Shown in pieces: positions 10,218-23,329 of a DNA stretch of 64,000 nt. Numbering within the stretch: position 1 is the first letter of the stretch; each line of letters starts with the position of its first letter. Location of the stretch: positions 54,374,001 to 54,438,000 of the forward strand of contig NC_043014.1 in the NCBI RefSeq assembly GCF_006345805.1. Reading direction: 5' to 3'. A model generated the notes under the pieces. The model saw only the letters and a list, made by a program, of their open reading frames with translations, was not told where the DNA came from and did no database searches. Source of the DNA: Octopus sinensis. Taxonomy: Eukaryota. Position numbers and translations under genes: made by a program.

Positions 10218-13200
10218 ATATGTATGTATAATGCTGTATGTGTCTATAAATACACACACACATCTATTCCCACCCACTACTACTGACCTCCAACCTTGAC
10301 AGTCCAACCTGACACCTCCTCATCACCACCATTTATCTCCCCTTCTTCTCCCCCCAGTCACTGCCACTCTCCTCTATAATGTCTGCAGCCATTCTAAACT
10401 CCTCAAAAGCAATAAACTGCTTCTATTGCATCCATATTCTAGTCTCTCCTCTCCTCATATAAAGCCATCTTCCTCTTTACTGTGACCCCCACCACACACA
10501 CACACACACAGTTGGGCTGGGGTGGGGTCTTAGCATTACAACCTCAATAGTGTCGGTGCAAAGAAAAGATGCATCCAGTAGGTTCTGTTTGGTGTTTGGA
10601 AGAGCATCCAACTGTAGGGACCCATCAAAGCAAATACCGGGGCTTTCCACAAGCTCTCTGACCGGTGAGATTCTGTCAAACTGTCCAATCCATGCCAGCA
10701 TGGGAAGCAGACTAAGTGCTGGTGGTGAATGATAGCAATTCACTGCCCTATTACATGTAAGTAATAGGGACCAATTCAACCGGGATTGGCAAAAACCACT
10801 CACATAAAAATCACCATCATCGTCCTTTAACGTCTGTTTCCCATTCTGGTATGGGTCGGATGGTTTGACCAGAGCTGAGAAGCTGCACCAGGTTCCAGTC
10901 CGATTTGGTTTGGTTTCTATGGCTGGATGCCCTTCCTAACACCAACCACCCCAAGGCTGGGTGCTGGGTGCTTTCTAGGGGACACTGGCACAAGAATCTT
11001 GCAGGCCAATCCCCTTCACCAGGGGGTAGTTAAAGCCCTTTTACATTCCGAGTTCAAATCCTGCTGAGCTCCTCATTAACTCTCATTCTTCCAGGGTTGG
11101 TAAAATTGATTCCCAGCTAAACACTGGGGGTTGATTTATATTCCTTTAAAGAAACCTAAAAGTGAAAACGGAGGGGGAGAATAGGTAGATCTATGATGAA
11201 ATGCCTTCCAGTTATGACCATCCCGTTTGTTTTACTACGATTATACTAATCTAGGATGACATATTCAACTAATATGTTCTCCTTTAAGACGGTTGGGTGG
11301 GAATTGAGGTAAACTAGGCTGCTATTTCTGGCTTGGCAGAATCGTTAGAACACCAGAGACAAAGCTTAATGTTATGAGTCCTCACGTTCTGAGTTCCAAT
11401 CCTGCCCGGGTTAACTTTGCCTTTCATCTCTCCCCAGGGATCGATAAAATAAAGCAACCAGTTGGATACTGGGGAGCGATTTATAATTCCCATAATGCAT
11501 CATCAAAGTAGAAAGGGAATAGAATTACAATAAAAGAATTAAGGTCGAGGGACCATGGAGAATCCCTGCGTCAGGATGGGACGGCTTATCCCGACTCACT
11601 GCAAACTGGAGCCGAGTGTAGATTTCCAGAGACCCTAGGAGACTTGTCTGTCTGCATGTGTATGTGTGTGTGTGTGTAGTCACTATGGTAACCAACTCTA
11701 GGCTTCACATACTAACCCCCCCCCCACCGCCTTCTACAGCTTCGTCTGCTTTTCATATGTTGTAATTATAAACAGCTTATTGAAACTTGGGTTTTAGTTT
11801 ACAATAATTTACGCAGCTCCGTTGGTTTATTTTAAAAGCAATAGATTGCCGAACAATATAGGATTTCGCATCATACACTCAAGTCGGCATTAATTTGTTC
11901 CGGGTGTTTCTAAAATAAGAGCCATTAGCATACTGGAGGTCGATGCAAACGATTATAACCCTCCTCTACAAAAATTGGACGTGTGCTTAAATCAAAAGAA
12001 ATCGATATTTTACATACGATAGACTGGCAACGTTTGTGTAAGGCATGTAAATGTCTGTTGGAGTACGAATAAGTGTGGATGCACGCATGAATGCTTTTGT
12101 ATGTCTACACAGATGTGCCCCTCCCTATGTATATGTGTGTGTGTGTGAGTATATAAGTATTTAGGGGTAGATAGATGTGTGTGTTTATGTAGATGCATTC
12201 TACCCTTGTCTGGATAAACCTCTGTGCGTGTTTTTATTTTTTTCTAATTAACTGTAAAAGCTATCGTTGCTTAACCCTAGGTCAACGCTGACTGAGCAGA
12301 CATAGATAGAATCAGACATTCCTGCCATGACCATCTCCACCGTCTTTTTTTTTTTTTTTTTTCAGGCAAGAACAAACACAAGACTATCTTATTCCAAATA
12401 TATCTTTTCCTTATTGAAGACGGTTTGTTGTGATTTGGGGGGTGGTTTGGCTGCTATCTCTAGCAAATCGAACCACCCTGCAGAGGTGTTCCATCAACAG
12501 ATATTAAATGGCTGTGTATAGATGTAATTTCATATATTTTTCAGGAAAATATGTTTATACATATTTTTGATGTTCTTCTTAAACACATGTTCACACATAT
12601 ATGTGTATATGTGTACGCTTATATAGATGAATTTACACAGAGGGTGTTTGAATAAATCTTTGCCAAAAACGGAAAGAAGAGAGATACGCAAATAAATAAT
12701 TTGAGTGATAAATGGCAAAAAATAAATATAAATAAAATGTGAACGTGTTGCGGGTTGAAGATATCTAACATTTAAAGGCGAACCCTTGGCGTGAGATATA
12801 ATAGCACACAATAAGTGCGTTAGTTCCCGACTTAACTATTTTCTTTCTCTGCAAAAGGCGTGTCTGGGTAATTCTCTCTCTCCCCCCTCCCTCCACGCAC
12901 TCGCGCGCACCCGTCAGTTACTCTATAAACAAACAAGAGATGAGGATGGAAGGGAAGGAGTTATCAAAATAGAAAGAAATCTAGACGTGTGTATAAAGAG
13001 AGATAGCAGAGAAAGAAGCTGTAAACTCCAACCAAAAAGACAAAAAACAATGGCAAATAAATACAACAATTATAGATTTCTTGAAATTTCACAAACAACG
13101 CCATCGCCGCCACTGGGTGACGTGCAGTTGTCTCCCCTTGATCTCATTATAAATGTCTGTCATTGATTGAAGAGAGAGAGGGGGAGGCTGAGAGACGAGC

Positions 13201-13428
13201 AGAGGAGGAGGAGTGAGAGGAGACGCAGACAGCGAAACAGAGGAAAAGAAGAGAGAGAGAGAAAGAGACACACATACGCGCGCGGCAAAAGAAATATTGA
13301 TAGAATAGTGGTGGTGGTGGTGGGTAGAGGGTGAAGTTTCAGAAGAGAAAGAAAGAAAGAGATAAAGAGAGTTGCTGCGAAATACGTACGTACTATGTGT
13401 GTGTGTGAGAGAATTGGAGGGGGGTTAG

Positions 13429-13429
<1 letters not shown>

Positions 13430-13472
<43 letters not shown>

Positions 13473-13497
13473 GTATATATATATATAGAGAGAGGTG

Positions 13498-13536
<39 letters not shown>

Positions 13537-13826
13537 GTATATATATATATATATATATTAGACATTGAAGCCAGAGTGAAAGGGAATAAAAACGATAATA
13601 GACAAAGAAACAAACAAAGATTATATTTACATACATCTATATATCTACACACACTGAACCGCATTATCTATATACACATATATGTAAATTCTCACAATAC
13701 ATACACACACACACATATATATATATATATTATATATATATATATATGTAAATATATATATATACACACATTTACATATAAATATATACATACACATATA
13801 ATGCATAAATATAACTATATATGTAT

Positions 13827-13862
<36 letters not shown>

Positions 13863-13866
13863 GTAT

Positions 13867-13953
<87 letters not shown>
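13430..13953. repeat. Compound (TA)n/(GA)n/(CA)n microsatellite
   Basis: Directly visible. Confidence 0.95.
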
Positions 13954-13956
<3 letters not shown>

Positions 13957-14091
13957 GAGGAAGTCTAGAGATATAGAAACACATAAAAGAGATATGACAG
14001 GCTAGGCTTATTTTTGAGAATGGAACTGAGAATGGTGCCTCAGAGCCAGAGAGATTTATGTAAAAAGTGAGATACAGAGAGATTGGTGATG

Positions 14092-14122
<31 letters not shown>

Positions 14123-15224
14123 CTTTTTATAAGTATATATATGTCTGTATATTTGTATGATTAAAAATCAGAGAAAGTATATGAAAAGTAAAATATAAAA
14201 AGGGCGGAAAATAAAGGCAATAAGAGAGTCTTGGAGGAGAAAGGATTGGTGAAGTAAGACATTGAAAGGAAGAACTGTGGAATGGAAGAGAAGGCGAGAG
14301 AATTGGAAGGGTATTTCCCCACCCCACAGCAAGCAAGGAGAGCCACCTTTTTCCTTTCATTTCGTACACTTCTACCCCCATCACCAGAAGAACCTCTTCA
14401 ATCACGGACATGTTAAGGAATTACTCTCTCCAGGAATATCTTCTTCGTTTTTGGCAGAGACGTAATAAAAGCAGAATGGAGGGAATGGAGGGGCGGAAGA
14501 AGAGGACTGGAAACGATGGAAAATCCTCGTTCTTTGTTTGTGTCTTCATTAAAGATGGGGAAAAAAATATCATCCCCTCCACATTTAGCTAGCTTCAGCA
14601 CCCCACCAATATCTCAACTTATTCTGAGGTTGCTTTTTTTTCTTAACTCTTCCCCTCATATCCTTTATATATATATGTCTCTTTCTCTCTATTACTTTCA
14701 CATTCTGTTAGCGTACACACACACACTCGCACATAAGCGCCCACACACACACACACATATACAAACGTACGAGCGTGTGCGCGTACACACACACACACAG
14801 TCGCACGCCCACATAGACACAGAGGCACGCTCAGACACACGTACAAACACATACAAACATAAGCACAGACGCACACACACACACACACAAACGCACGCAG
14901 TTCTTCCATCTTGTTTTCTCAGACTGACTCCCTCCTACCCTCTCTCTCTCTCTCTTACTCTCTTCTTCTCTTTCACTTTCTCTATTTTTCTCTTTGTTTT
15001 CGTCATCCCTCTATCTATTCACACTTCCTTTTTTTCTTCTCCTCTCCCCCTTATAATTTCTCTGTCTATCACTCTTCCCTCCTCTTACCATCCCATCGCA
15101 TCACTCTCTCTCTCTCTCCCTTCTGCTTATCTCTGTCTCACATTTGTTTTTTCTCTTCTTCATTTTTAATACTTTCACTATTACGCTCGCCTCTCTCTTG
15201 TACGTGCGTACACGGCCCTCTGCA

Positions 15225-15720
15225 TCTATATATATATATATACATACGCTTTACATATATCATATATACAATACACACACACACACGTGTGTATTTGTAT
15301 GTATGTGTTCATTTGTTTTTATATATTCTTACAGTTTTCATACACATATATATATATATATATATACATACACACATATATATATATATGAAAACTGTAT
15401 ATATATATATACATATATATACACATATATATATACATACATATACACACATATATATATATACATACATATATACACACATATATATATGTGTATATAT
15501 ATACACATATATATATATATACACATATATATATATACATATATATATATATACACATATATATATATATACACATATATATATATACACATATATATAC
15601 ATATATATATACATACATATATATATACATGTATATATATATATAAATATATACATGTATATATATATACATACACACACATATGTAGATAGATATGTAT
15701 ATACATATATACACATACAT
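15225..15720. repeat. Compound (TA)n/(CA)n microsatellite
   Basis: Directly visible; the source of the spurious YIYI ORFs. Confidence 0.95.
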
Positions 15721-16921
15721 TCGCGCATAATACCTACACCCCCCACCTATCTACCCATCCCCCACCCCCATATATATATATGTAATGTTTTGAGTGAAAT
15801 AATGGAGAATGGGGGAGAAATTGTTAAAATAGAAATTGTATGTGCTGTGTTCCATTGTGTGTATACGTGCATGTGTGTGTGCGCGAACGTGTGTGTTTGT
15901 GTGTTGTCTAATTAGAACGACTGTTAATTCGCAAAACGATAAGAAACTGATTAAAATATCTCCAGGAGAAAAAAAAGGAAGAAACTTCTTTATTCCTGAG
16001 TGAAACTTGAGTTTGTTTTTTTTTTAAGAATCGGAGGGTAGAAGCATGAAGAGACAACACAAGTGCGAATTTGTGGTGTTCATGCTTTGCCCACGATTAC
16101 TAACGAAACAGAGGACCCCCTAGCAATCACTTCGACCTGCTAGAAATACCAGCTAAATACTCCCCTTCCCTCATCATATCATAGCATTTTAAATAAGGAA
16201 CACAGTCTAGTTTTATATATATATATATATACAAGCCCCATATATTTGTGTCCCCATAATTTAGCGGTTTGGCAAGGGAGACCGATAGAATAGGTATTGG
16301 GCTTACAAAGAATAAGTCCTGGGGTCAATTTGCTTGACCAAAGGCGGTGCTCCAGCATGGCCTCAGTCAAATGACTGAAACAAGTAAAAGAATAAAAGAA
16401 TATATGTGTGTGTGCACCCACTAAATAGAAAGAATGGTGTGGCTACGATTATAAGGCTTTAATTCGAGGTTTACAATAACGATGAGGACGAAAATTGGAA
16501 AAGAGACAAAAAAAAAAGGGGTCAAAATACAAGTGAGGTTCAGAGGCGATTTGAAACCGCGTCGTTGTGCATTACTGGGTGAGGGTGTTAGGGAGAGTGT
16601 CAGGTCGTAAAGGCTTCGTCTTTATATATATACACATCGATGTGTTTGCCGCTGAAACAAAAGAAATCGTGAAATTGTGGAACGGAGAAACGAAAAGAGG
16701 GGAAAAAAAACCCATAGAGGAAAAATCGACGAAAAAAGAAAAACGAAGTGAAATAGAGAGTTAGATAATAAATAAAAGACGAAAGAAAGAAAGGAAAATG
16801 AAAAGAAAATATACGGCAACTTACTAAAAATTCTGATTGACAGTATGTATCTATATATATATATATATATATATATATTACATATACATATTACATATAT
16901 ATATATATTACATATACATAT

Positions 16922-16961
<40 letters not shown>

Positions 16962-16972
16962 ATATGTATATG

Positions 16973-17010
<38 letters not shown>

Positions 17011-17277
17011 CATATACACACACACACGCATAACAATTCGGGGGGAAATAACTATCTGGGCGATGTTTTATTTCAAGTGAGATGATACAAAAGACAGCGG
17101 TTATTTTTTGTCTTCATTTTCTGTTATTTCGTTGTAATTTCCATTTTTACTTCTCTCTCCCTCTCTCTCTCTCTAATATATCTTTCTTTATTTACTTCTT
17201 TCTTGCCTTCCAATATATATATATATCTGTCTTTGTTTCTCTCTCGCTTCCTTGCTTGTAATAAATATAAGTGGCAT

Positions 17278-17314
<37 letters not shown>

Positions 17315-17468
17315 GAGAAAGGGAGAGAGAGAGAGAGAGAGAAGCATCTTTCAACAGGGACAAGGGCGGGGTGATGGTGGTGGCGACGGTAGTTAAAAAC
17401 TCGCTCGAAATTATCTGCTCTTCCCCCCACCCCTCATCGGATATCTTTCATTCTCTTCAGTCTCACAC

Positions 17469-17530
<62 letters not shown>

Positions 17531-19036
17531 ATGAATGTATATATGTATAGTTGTACATATATCGTATCTATTACATGCGCGCACGCATATTTACAAAGAT
17601 GCGTGTGTACACAAAAAAGAAGAAAAAACGAGGCATTTTCTGCTGAAAGTTCCCAATAATTAAAAATTAATTAGAGCAATGCAATACATCTTTGTAAAGG
17701 AAATAGAACAGAATGGACCAATTTCCAGCTACAACAGCATACAAAACACGTACACACACACACATATATATATCTTTGTATATACTCCAGCATGGCCGCA
17801 GTCATATGGACTGAATACATACATACGTGTGGTACAAACATTTGAAACAGAACTCAATACTTGGAGTAGATTGGAAAGGTATGCTTATTATTTATATAAA
17901 ATGAATGAGTCTACTCGAGTTTGGCCTGACGGCTGATAGTAACTGTTGCTGGAATTATATATGTATATATGGAGTGGGGGGCAAATAAAAAAGTTTTAAA
18001 ACAGGAAAAAGAAACAACAAAAGTCAATTAAATGTTCACAGTGACTATATTAGATTGACGCTCAGTGAAAGTTCTAGATGGGAAAAATAGGTGTGGAAAT
18101 GACGTTTCGGGCACTGGCTCTTCGTCAGAAAGAGGAAGAAAGTCCAGGGAGGAGGGAAAGGAGGGAGGAACAGATAGTCTGGAGAAAAGCACTTATCTAC
18201 CCCTCTCTCTCTCTCTCTTTCTGTATATATATATATATATATGTGTGTACACATACACACACAGATACATACATGTGTGTGTGTGTTTATTTCCGGTCAC
18301 ATTGACCGTTCATGTTAACATGTCATCCTGTACAACCCGTTACATGGTTGAGGCGTCGCTGACTAAATCGATGTCTCCTCCCTGGTTAAGAACGGTTGCT
18401 ATGGACTCAAGTCGGACAAAACGATCCCTGTTAAAGAGTCGATGAGCCCAGTACTAGAGTCAAGGATTGTCTGGCAGTAAATGCACGCGAATAGAAATAC
18501 CCGCGTTGGTGAGCAAACCTTCTGAAAGATCACTTTAGGAGCGATGGACCAACTCTAGTTGTCAGACCAACCCTAGTTTTTCTCTTAGACATCTAAAGAT
18601 CATTCAGCTTTTGGTGGACCAAGCTAATAATAGTCCACAGGGAGAAAATGTGTTCTTTATGGAAAGTGAGTGAACATCTGTGCAATTTTACGATATCATG
18701 CATTTGCTGTTTAGATGTTGACGGAAGAGTTTTCCATTCTTCTAAAATAGATTAGAGATGAAAATAATTACTCTTATACACTGGGGGCATTTTTAAAGGG
18801 GTGGCACTGTGAGGTCTGCTGTAGGAATCTTTTTTTGTGGGGTCCGGGGGAAGCAAACGGAAGGGCCGCCCCAAGTGCGAAATTTTTTTTTTTTCCGTGA
18901 GAGTTCAGTACACCAGTTATGAACTCATTTGCCTGCAGCCAATCAGAGCTCTATAGAATAGGGTCACAGAATTAAATACGATAATTATAATAAATAGATC
19001 TATAATGACTACAAATAATATAATAACACTCATTTT

Positions 19037-19461
19037 GGATCTTTTCGGTTTGAACGGCACTTTTTTCTAGCGGTGTCATATGAAATTGTCACCCATAATT
19101 ATAACCCTAGTATCGATCTATTGCATTTCAATCTTTTAGGGTTAGGGTTAGAGTTAGGATTAGGGGTGGGTGGAAGGGTATCTTTTTTCTTCAGAAATGT
19201 AAATAAACCCAATCTGTTTCTTAAACGAGGGACATATTCATACGGCACAGAATGTTTTCACCTCAATAGACGTAATTGATTGGCTGAAATTGCAGAAATT
19301 GAAGAAAAACAACAACAAATATCTTACAAACTATAGAATTTTCTCAATAAAGCCAAAAGAAAAAGATGTTTTATAAACACATTCTACCAGTATACGAAGT
19401 TTAACATTTTTTAGTTAACTAGAAATTGTGTTAAAAACTGCCGTTCAACCCGAAAAGATCC
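19037..19461. mobile_element. MITE with 23-bp TIR and 8-bp TSD (Merlin-like)
   Basis: TIRs GGATCTTTTCGGTTTGAACGGCA / TGCCGTTCAACCCGAAAAGATCC; TSD CTCATTTT at 19029-19036 and 19462-19469. GG termini with an 8-bp TSD fit Merlin (superfamily is inference). Confidence 0.85.
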
Positions 19462-19998
19462 CTCATTTTCACGACTATTTTTTTGTTTTGTTTTTTGTAC
19501 AAAAGCTCATAAAAGGAATAAAACTCGTTTTTCGCTGAAGACCCCAGGAAAATGCACATGTGGGACTCGGATGGCCAAAGATACATTAACAAAAGGGACA
19601 CACGTCCATAATTCGTATCAATGAATCAATGTGTATTTATAAAACCTTCGAGCAGTTTCTCTACTTTTATATTCGTAAAAAACATTACCATTTATGGCTA
19701 TAATAATTCAAACTTACCGCTAACCGGCGTGTGCCTTCAGTATCGATGATATCTGCATTTAATTGAGGGCGCAATGCAAGGTCCTCGTGGCAATCAGGGG
19801 TCGCCATTTTAAATGCCAACCTTTGACACGGTCGAGGGCAGCTCTGATTAGCTGTATGCAAATGAGTTCGTTACTGGGGTCCGGAACGGTCCCAAGGAGA
19901 ATTACGGAGCCTAGTAATGAACTCATTTGCATACAGCCAATCAGAGCTCACCTTGACCTTGTACACAAACAATTATGAGAGGCAGCCGTGCAAATAAC

Positions 19999-20230
19999 TA
20001 TTTCTTTATTACCCACAAGGGGCTAAACACAGAGGGGACAAACAAGGACAGACATAGGTATTAAGTCGATTATATCGACCTCAGTGCGTAACTGGTACTT
20101 AATTTATCGACCCCGAAAGGATGAAAGGCAATTCGACCTCGGCGGAATTTGAACTCAGAACGTAAGGGCAGACGAAATACCGCTAAGCATTTCGTCCGGC
20201 GTGCTAACGATTCTGCCGGCTCACCGCCTT
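19999..20230 (-). mobile_element. SINE family C with 16-bp TSD
   Basis: TSD CAGCCGTGCAAATAAC at 19983-19998 and 20231-20246. Minus strand has head GGCGGTGAGCCGGCAGAATCG, B-box GAGTTCAAATTCC, and core GCCTTTCATCCTTTCGGGGTCGATAAATTAAGTACCAG. Confidence 0.9.
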
Positions 20231-21304
20231 CAGCCGTGCAAATAACAAAGGATCAGACCCGTTCAGCTCTCAGACTATGTCTGGATGCAAAGCCCAGCAT
20301 AACATTCGTGAATGTACTAAAAGCAACCAACCTATGGGTAAAACACACTCTACCAAGTAAAAGCAAGACGAAGAACGGTGTTGTAAGTCGACCGATCGCC
20401 AAGTCATGCCTGGCTTTTGAAACAGAAAAGTAATTAGATAGATTTGCATCTATACCTGTCATCGGATTTTTGTTAGGGCCCCAAATGGTAAAGGTGTGGA
20501 TGGGGAAAAGTGTGGGTAGAGGGTGATGTGCGAGCAACCTTCTCCCCGCTACTGTTTTACAAAGTAAACAACAACCCAAATATATTTCTTTCTTTATTGC
20601 CCACAGGGAGCTAAACATAGAGGGGACAAACAAAGACAGACAAAGGGATTAAGTCAACTACATCGACCCCAGTGCGCAGCTGGTACTTTATTTATCGACC
20701 CCGAAAGGATGAAAGGCAATTCGACCTCGGCGGAATTTGAACTCAGAACGTAAGGGCAGACGAAATACCGCTAAGCATTTCGTCCGGCGTGCTAACGATT
20801 CTGCCGGCTCACCGCCTTCAGCCGTGCAAATAACAAAGGATCAGACCCGTTCAGCTCTCAGACTATGTCTGGATGCAAAGCCCAGCATAACATTCGTGAA
20901 TGTACTAAAAGCAACCAACCTATGGGTAAAACACACTCTACCAAGTAAAAGCAAGACGAAGAACGGTGTTGTAAGTCGACCGATCGCCAAGTCATGCCTG
21001 GCTTTTGAAACAGAAAAGTAATTAGATAGATTTGCATCTATACCTGTCATCGGATTTTTGTTAGGGCCCCAAATGGTAAAGGTGTGGATGGGGAAAAGTG
21101 TGGGTAGAGGGTGATGTGCGAGCAACCTTCTCCCCGCTACTGTTTTACAAAGTAAACAACAACCCAAATATATTTCTTTCTTTATTGCCCACAGGGAGCT
21201 AAACATAGAGGGGACAAACAAAGACAGACAAAGGGATTAAGTCAACTACATCGACCCCAGTGCGCAGCTGGTACTTTATTTATCGACCCCGAAAGGATGA
21301 AAGG
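20102..21304. repeat. Tandem duplication, 588-bp period
   Basis: 20102-20716 appears identical to 20690-21304; the ORF track shows identical peptides offset by 588 (20149/20737; 20253/20841). Confidence 0.95.
20583..20818 (-). mobile_element. SINE family C, chimeric copy
   Basis: Left part matches the copy at 21171-21400; right part matches the copy at 19999-20230. Confidence 0.85.
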
Positions 21305-21400
21305 TAAAGTCGACCTCGGCGGTGTTTGAACCCAGAACGTAACGGCAGGCAAAATACTGCTGAGCATTTCGCCCGGCGTGATAACGTTTCTGCCAGCTCG
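21171..21400 (-). mobile_element. SINE family C
   Basis: Same head, core and tail as 19999-20230 with substitutions. Confidence 0.85.
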
Positions 21401-21964
21401 AAAACTACGCAGAGGCAGCCGTGGTTGACTCAGGAACAAAAACAAGCATTATTAAAAGAGAGAGAGAGCACGGTCATTCCTTATCCAAGTGACCTTATCG
21501 CCTGTCATTTGTTATGCGCTCATAAATTAGTTTGGTAGTTGAGCTCTGATCGACTGTAGGCAAATGAGTTCATTACTGGGTTCCGGAACTCTCATGAGGA
21601 AAACAAATTTCGCGCCCCGGGCGGGACGTGCTCTGGCTACGCTAAAAGTCTTATACAACTCCAGAGTTGGTTTTACGAAAATTCGTCCTAAGAAATTTCG
21701 TTCTAAATGGCTTCATCAGGTTTTGTGTTTAATGTTTGACATTGAATAAAGACTTTTATAAAACCTTTTATCATTCTTTCTTTTTTATTTAAAAAAATAT
21801 ATATATATATATATGGTCATTCAACCCTATTATCTCCCCTTATTTCACTCTCGCGTCTCATGTTTGATCTTTGACCTCTGGCCGAAATCAGATCGCCATG
21901 TTGATTCGTTAGTTACTGCACGCATTTTTTTTCTCTCCTTTCCGTGTTTTTCTCTCTCTGTGTA

Positions 21965-22002
21965 TCTTTCTGTTGAAGAGCGTAGGCTCGAAACGTTAAA
22001 GA
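21965..22002 (+). ncRNA. Minimal hammerhead ribozyme-like motif (variant core CUGUUGA) in a (TA)n-flanked Penelope-like remnant
   Basis: TCTTT-CTGTTGA-A-GAGC-GTAG-GCTC-GAAA-CG-TT-AAAGA: stem I TCTTT/AAAGA, stem II GAGC/GCTC, palindromic AACGTT at stem III. The host segment ~21815-22100 lies between (TA)n tracts. Confidence 0.55.
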
Positions 22003-22421
22003 CTTGTTTTATTTATATTTCCTGAGCGCCATACTAATACAATTGTTTGTTTGTTTTCCACCTGCCTTTGTCTTTTGTCTATTTTCATGAAGCTTCCCGT
22101 TATATATATATATATATATAACAGGTTTTATAATTGTCTGTACTGAGAATTTGTCTTTGGTCGAATCTTCCGGATACATCTTGAGTTGTCGTTCGGGGTG
22201 TCAAGTTTAGGGGAGCAGCGACCTCTTGAACCTTTTCCCACGAATGAGCTTTTATTTCTATTTATATCTCTCACTCGTTTCAGTCATTAGATTGCGGCCA
22301 GGCTGGAGCACCGCCTGAAGAATTTTTAGTCGAATGAATTGATCCCAGGACTTACGTATGTATGTATGTATACACACACACATACATACAGACGCGCGCA
22401 CACATACACACACACACATCT

Positions 22422-22827
22422 ATAGGTGCAGGCATGGCTATGTGGAAAGAAGCTTGCTTCCTAACCACATGGTTCCGGGTTCAGTCCCACTGCGTGGCAT
22501 CTTGGGCATGTGTCTTCTACTATAGCCTCGGGCCGACCAAAGCCTTGTGAGTGGATTTGGTAGACGGAAACTGAAAGAAGCCTGTCGTATATATGTATAT
22601 ATATATGTGTGTGTGTGTTTGTGTGTCTGAGTTTGTCCCCCTAGCATTGCTTGACAACTGATGCTGGTGTGTTTACGTCCCCGTGACTTAGCAGTTCGGC
22701 AAAAGAGACTGATAGAATAAGTACTGGGCTTACAAAGAATAAATCCCAGGGTCGATTTGCTCGACTAAAGGCAGTGCTCCAGCATGGACACAGTCAAATG
22801 ACTGAAACAAGTAAAAGAGTAAAGAGT
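22422..22827 (+). mobile_element. SINE family A, full length
   Basis: High similarity to 6018-6425. Confidence 0.9.
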
Positions 22828-23329
22828 AATAAACTCGCTAAAAAGCTGCAAAGGTCAAGAGTTTTGTACTAAAGAACTTGAACTTGAATAATGCCCGGAA
22901 GAAATTTTAGACTTTTGAGTCACTCGTGTAGCTTCCTATCTGATGAAAATTCCATAAAGTATACTCATTGCAACACACGGACACACACACACACACAGAT
23001 AATGGGTGGTGGTGGAATTACAAGTGAACATTTTAAAAGTTAAGTGCTTTTAGTTTGGCGCTAATAGTTGAATGCAAATAAATTCGCAATTATTCAATCG
23101 TAGTTTGAACAAAACTGATGATTTAGTCATTTTGTTGTAGTTCGTTATGTATATACATACATACTTTGATGCCATGAAAAAGCCTGTGAAGGCCCTTCTA
23201 CCAGATATATGAAGCGTTTATCCCCAACTTAAGCATTTTTACTGCAAAAAAATTTCAACAACAAGAATCTTTAAAAAAAATTTGTTTACTCTCCTGATGT
23301 AAATTTACCTTTTCAAAACACTGAGAACT

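Larger units (their letters stand above)
18862..21628. mobile_element. Old non-autonomous DNA element with long diverged TIRs and nested insertions
   Basis: Left end CCGCCCCAAGTGCGAAATTT...GAGAGTTC...ATGAACTCATTTGCCTGCAGCCAATCAGAGCTC (18862-18950) is inverted relative to GAGCTCTGATCGACTGTAGGCAAATGAGTTCAT...GAACTCTC...AAATTTCGCGCCCCGGGCGG (21541-21628). The same motif appears as an internal inverted pair at 19840-19950. Confidence 0.6.

Noticed and set aside
14911-15915. 334-aa ORF and other long YIYI/MYVC/ERER/LSLS ORFs (e.g. 28595-29363, 40682-41083)
   Set aside because: They are translations of stop-free microsatellites with no protein-like complexity.
18065-18445. 126-aa ORF as an exon
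   Set aside because: It runs through microsatellites and shows no recognisable homology or splice signals.
19136-19171. Telomere or chromosome fusion site
   Set aside because: Only a few degenerate TTAGGG units, located inside a MITE with TSDs.
20149-21221. Duplicated 94-aa and 126-aa ORFs as paralogous genes
   Set aside because: They begin inside SINE C at non-ATG starts and result from the 588-bp duplication.
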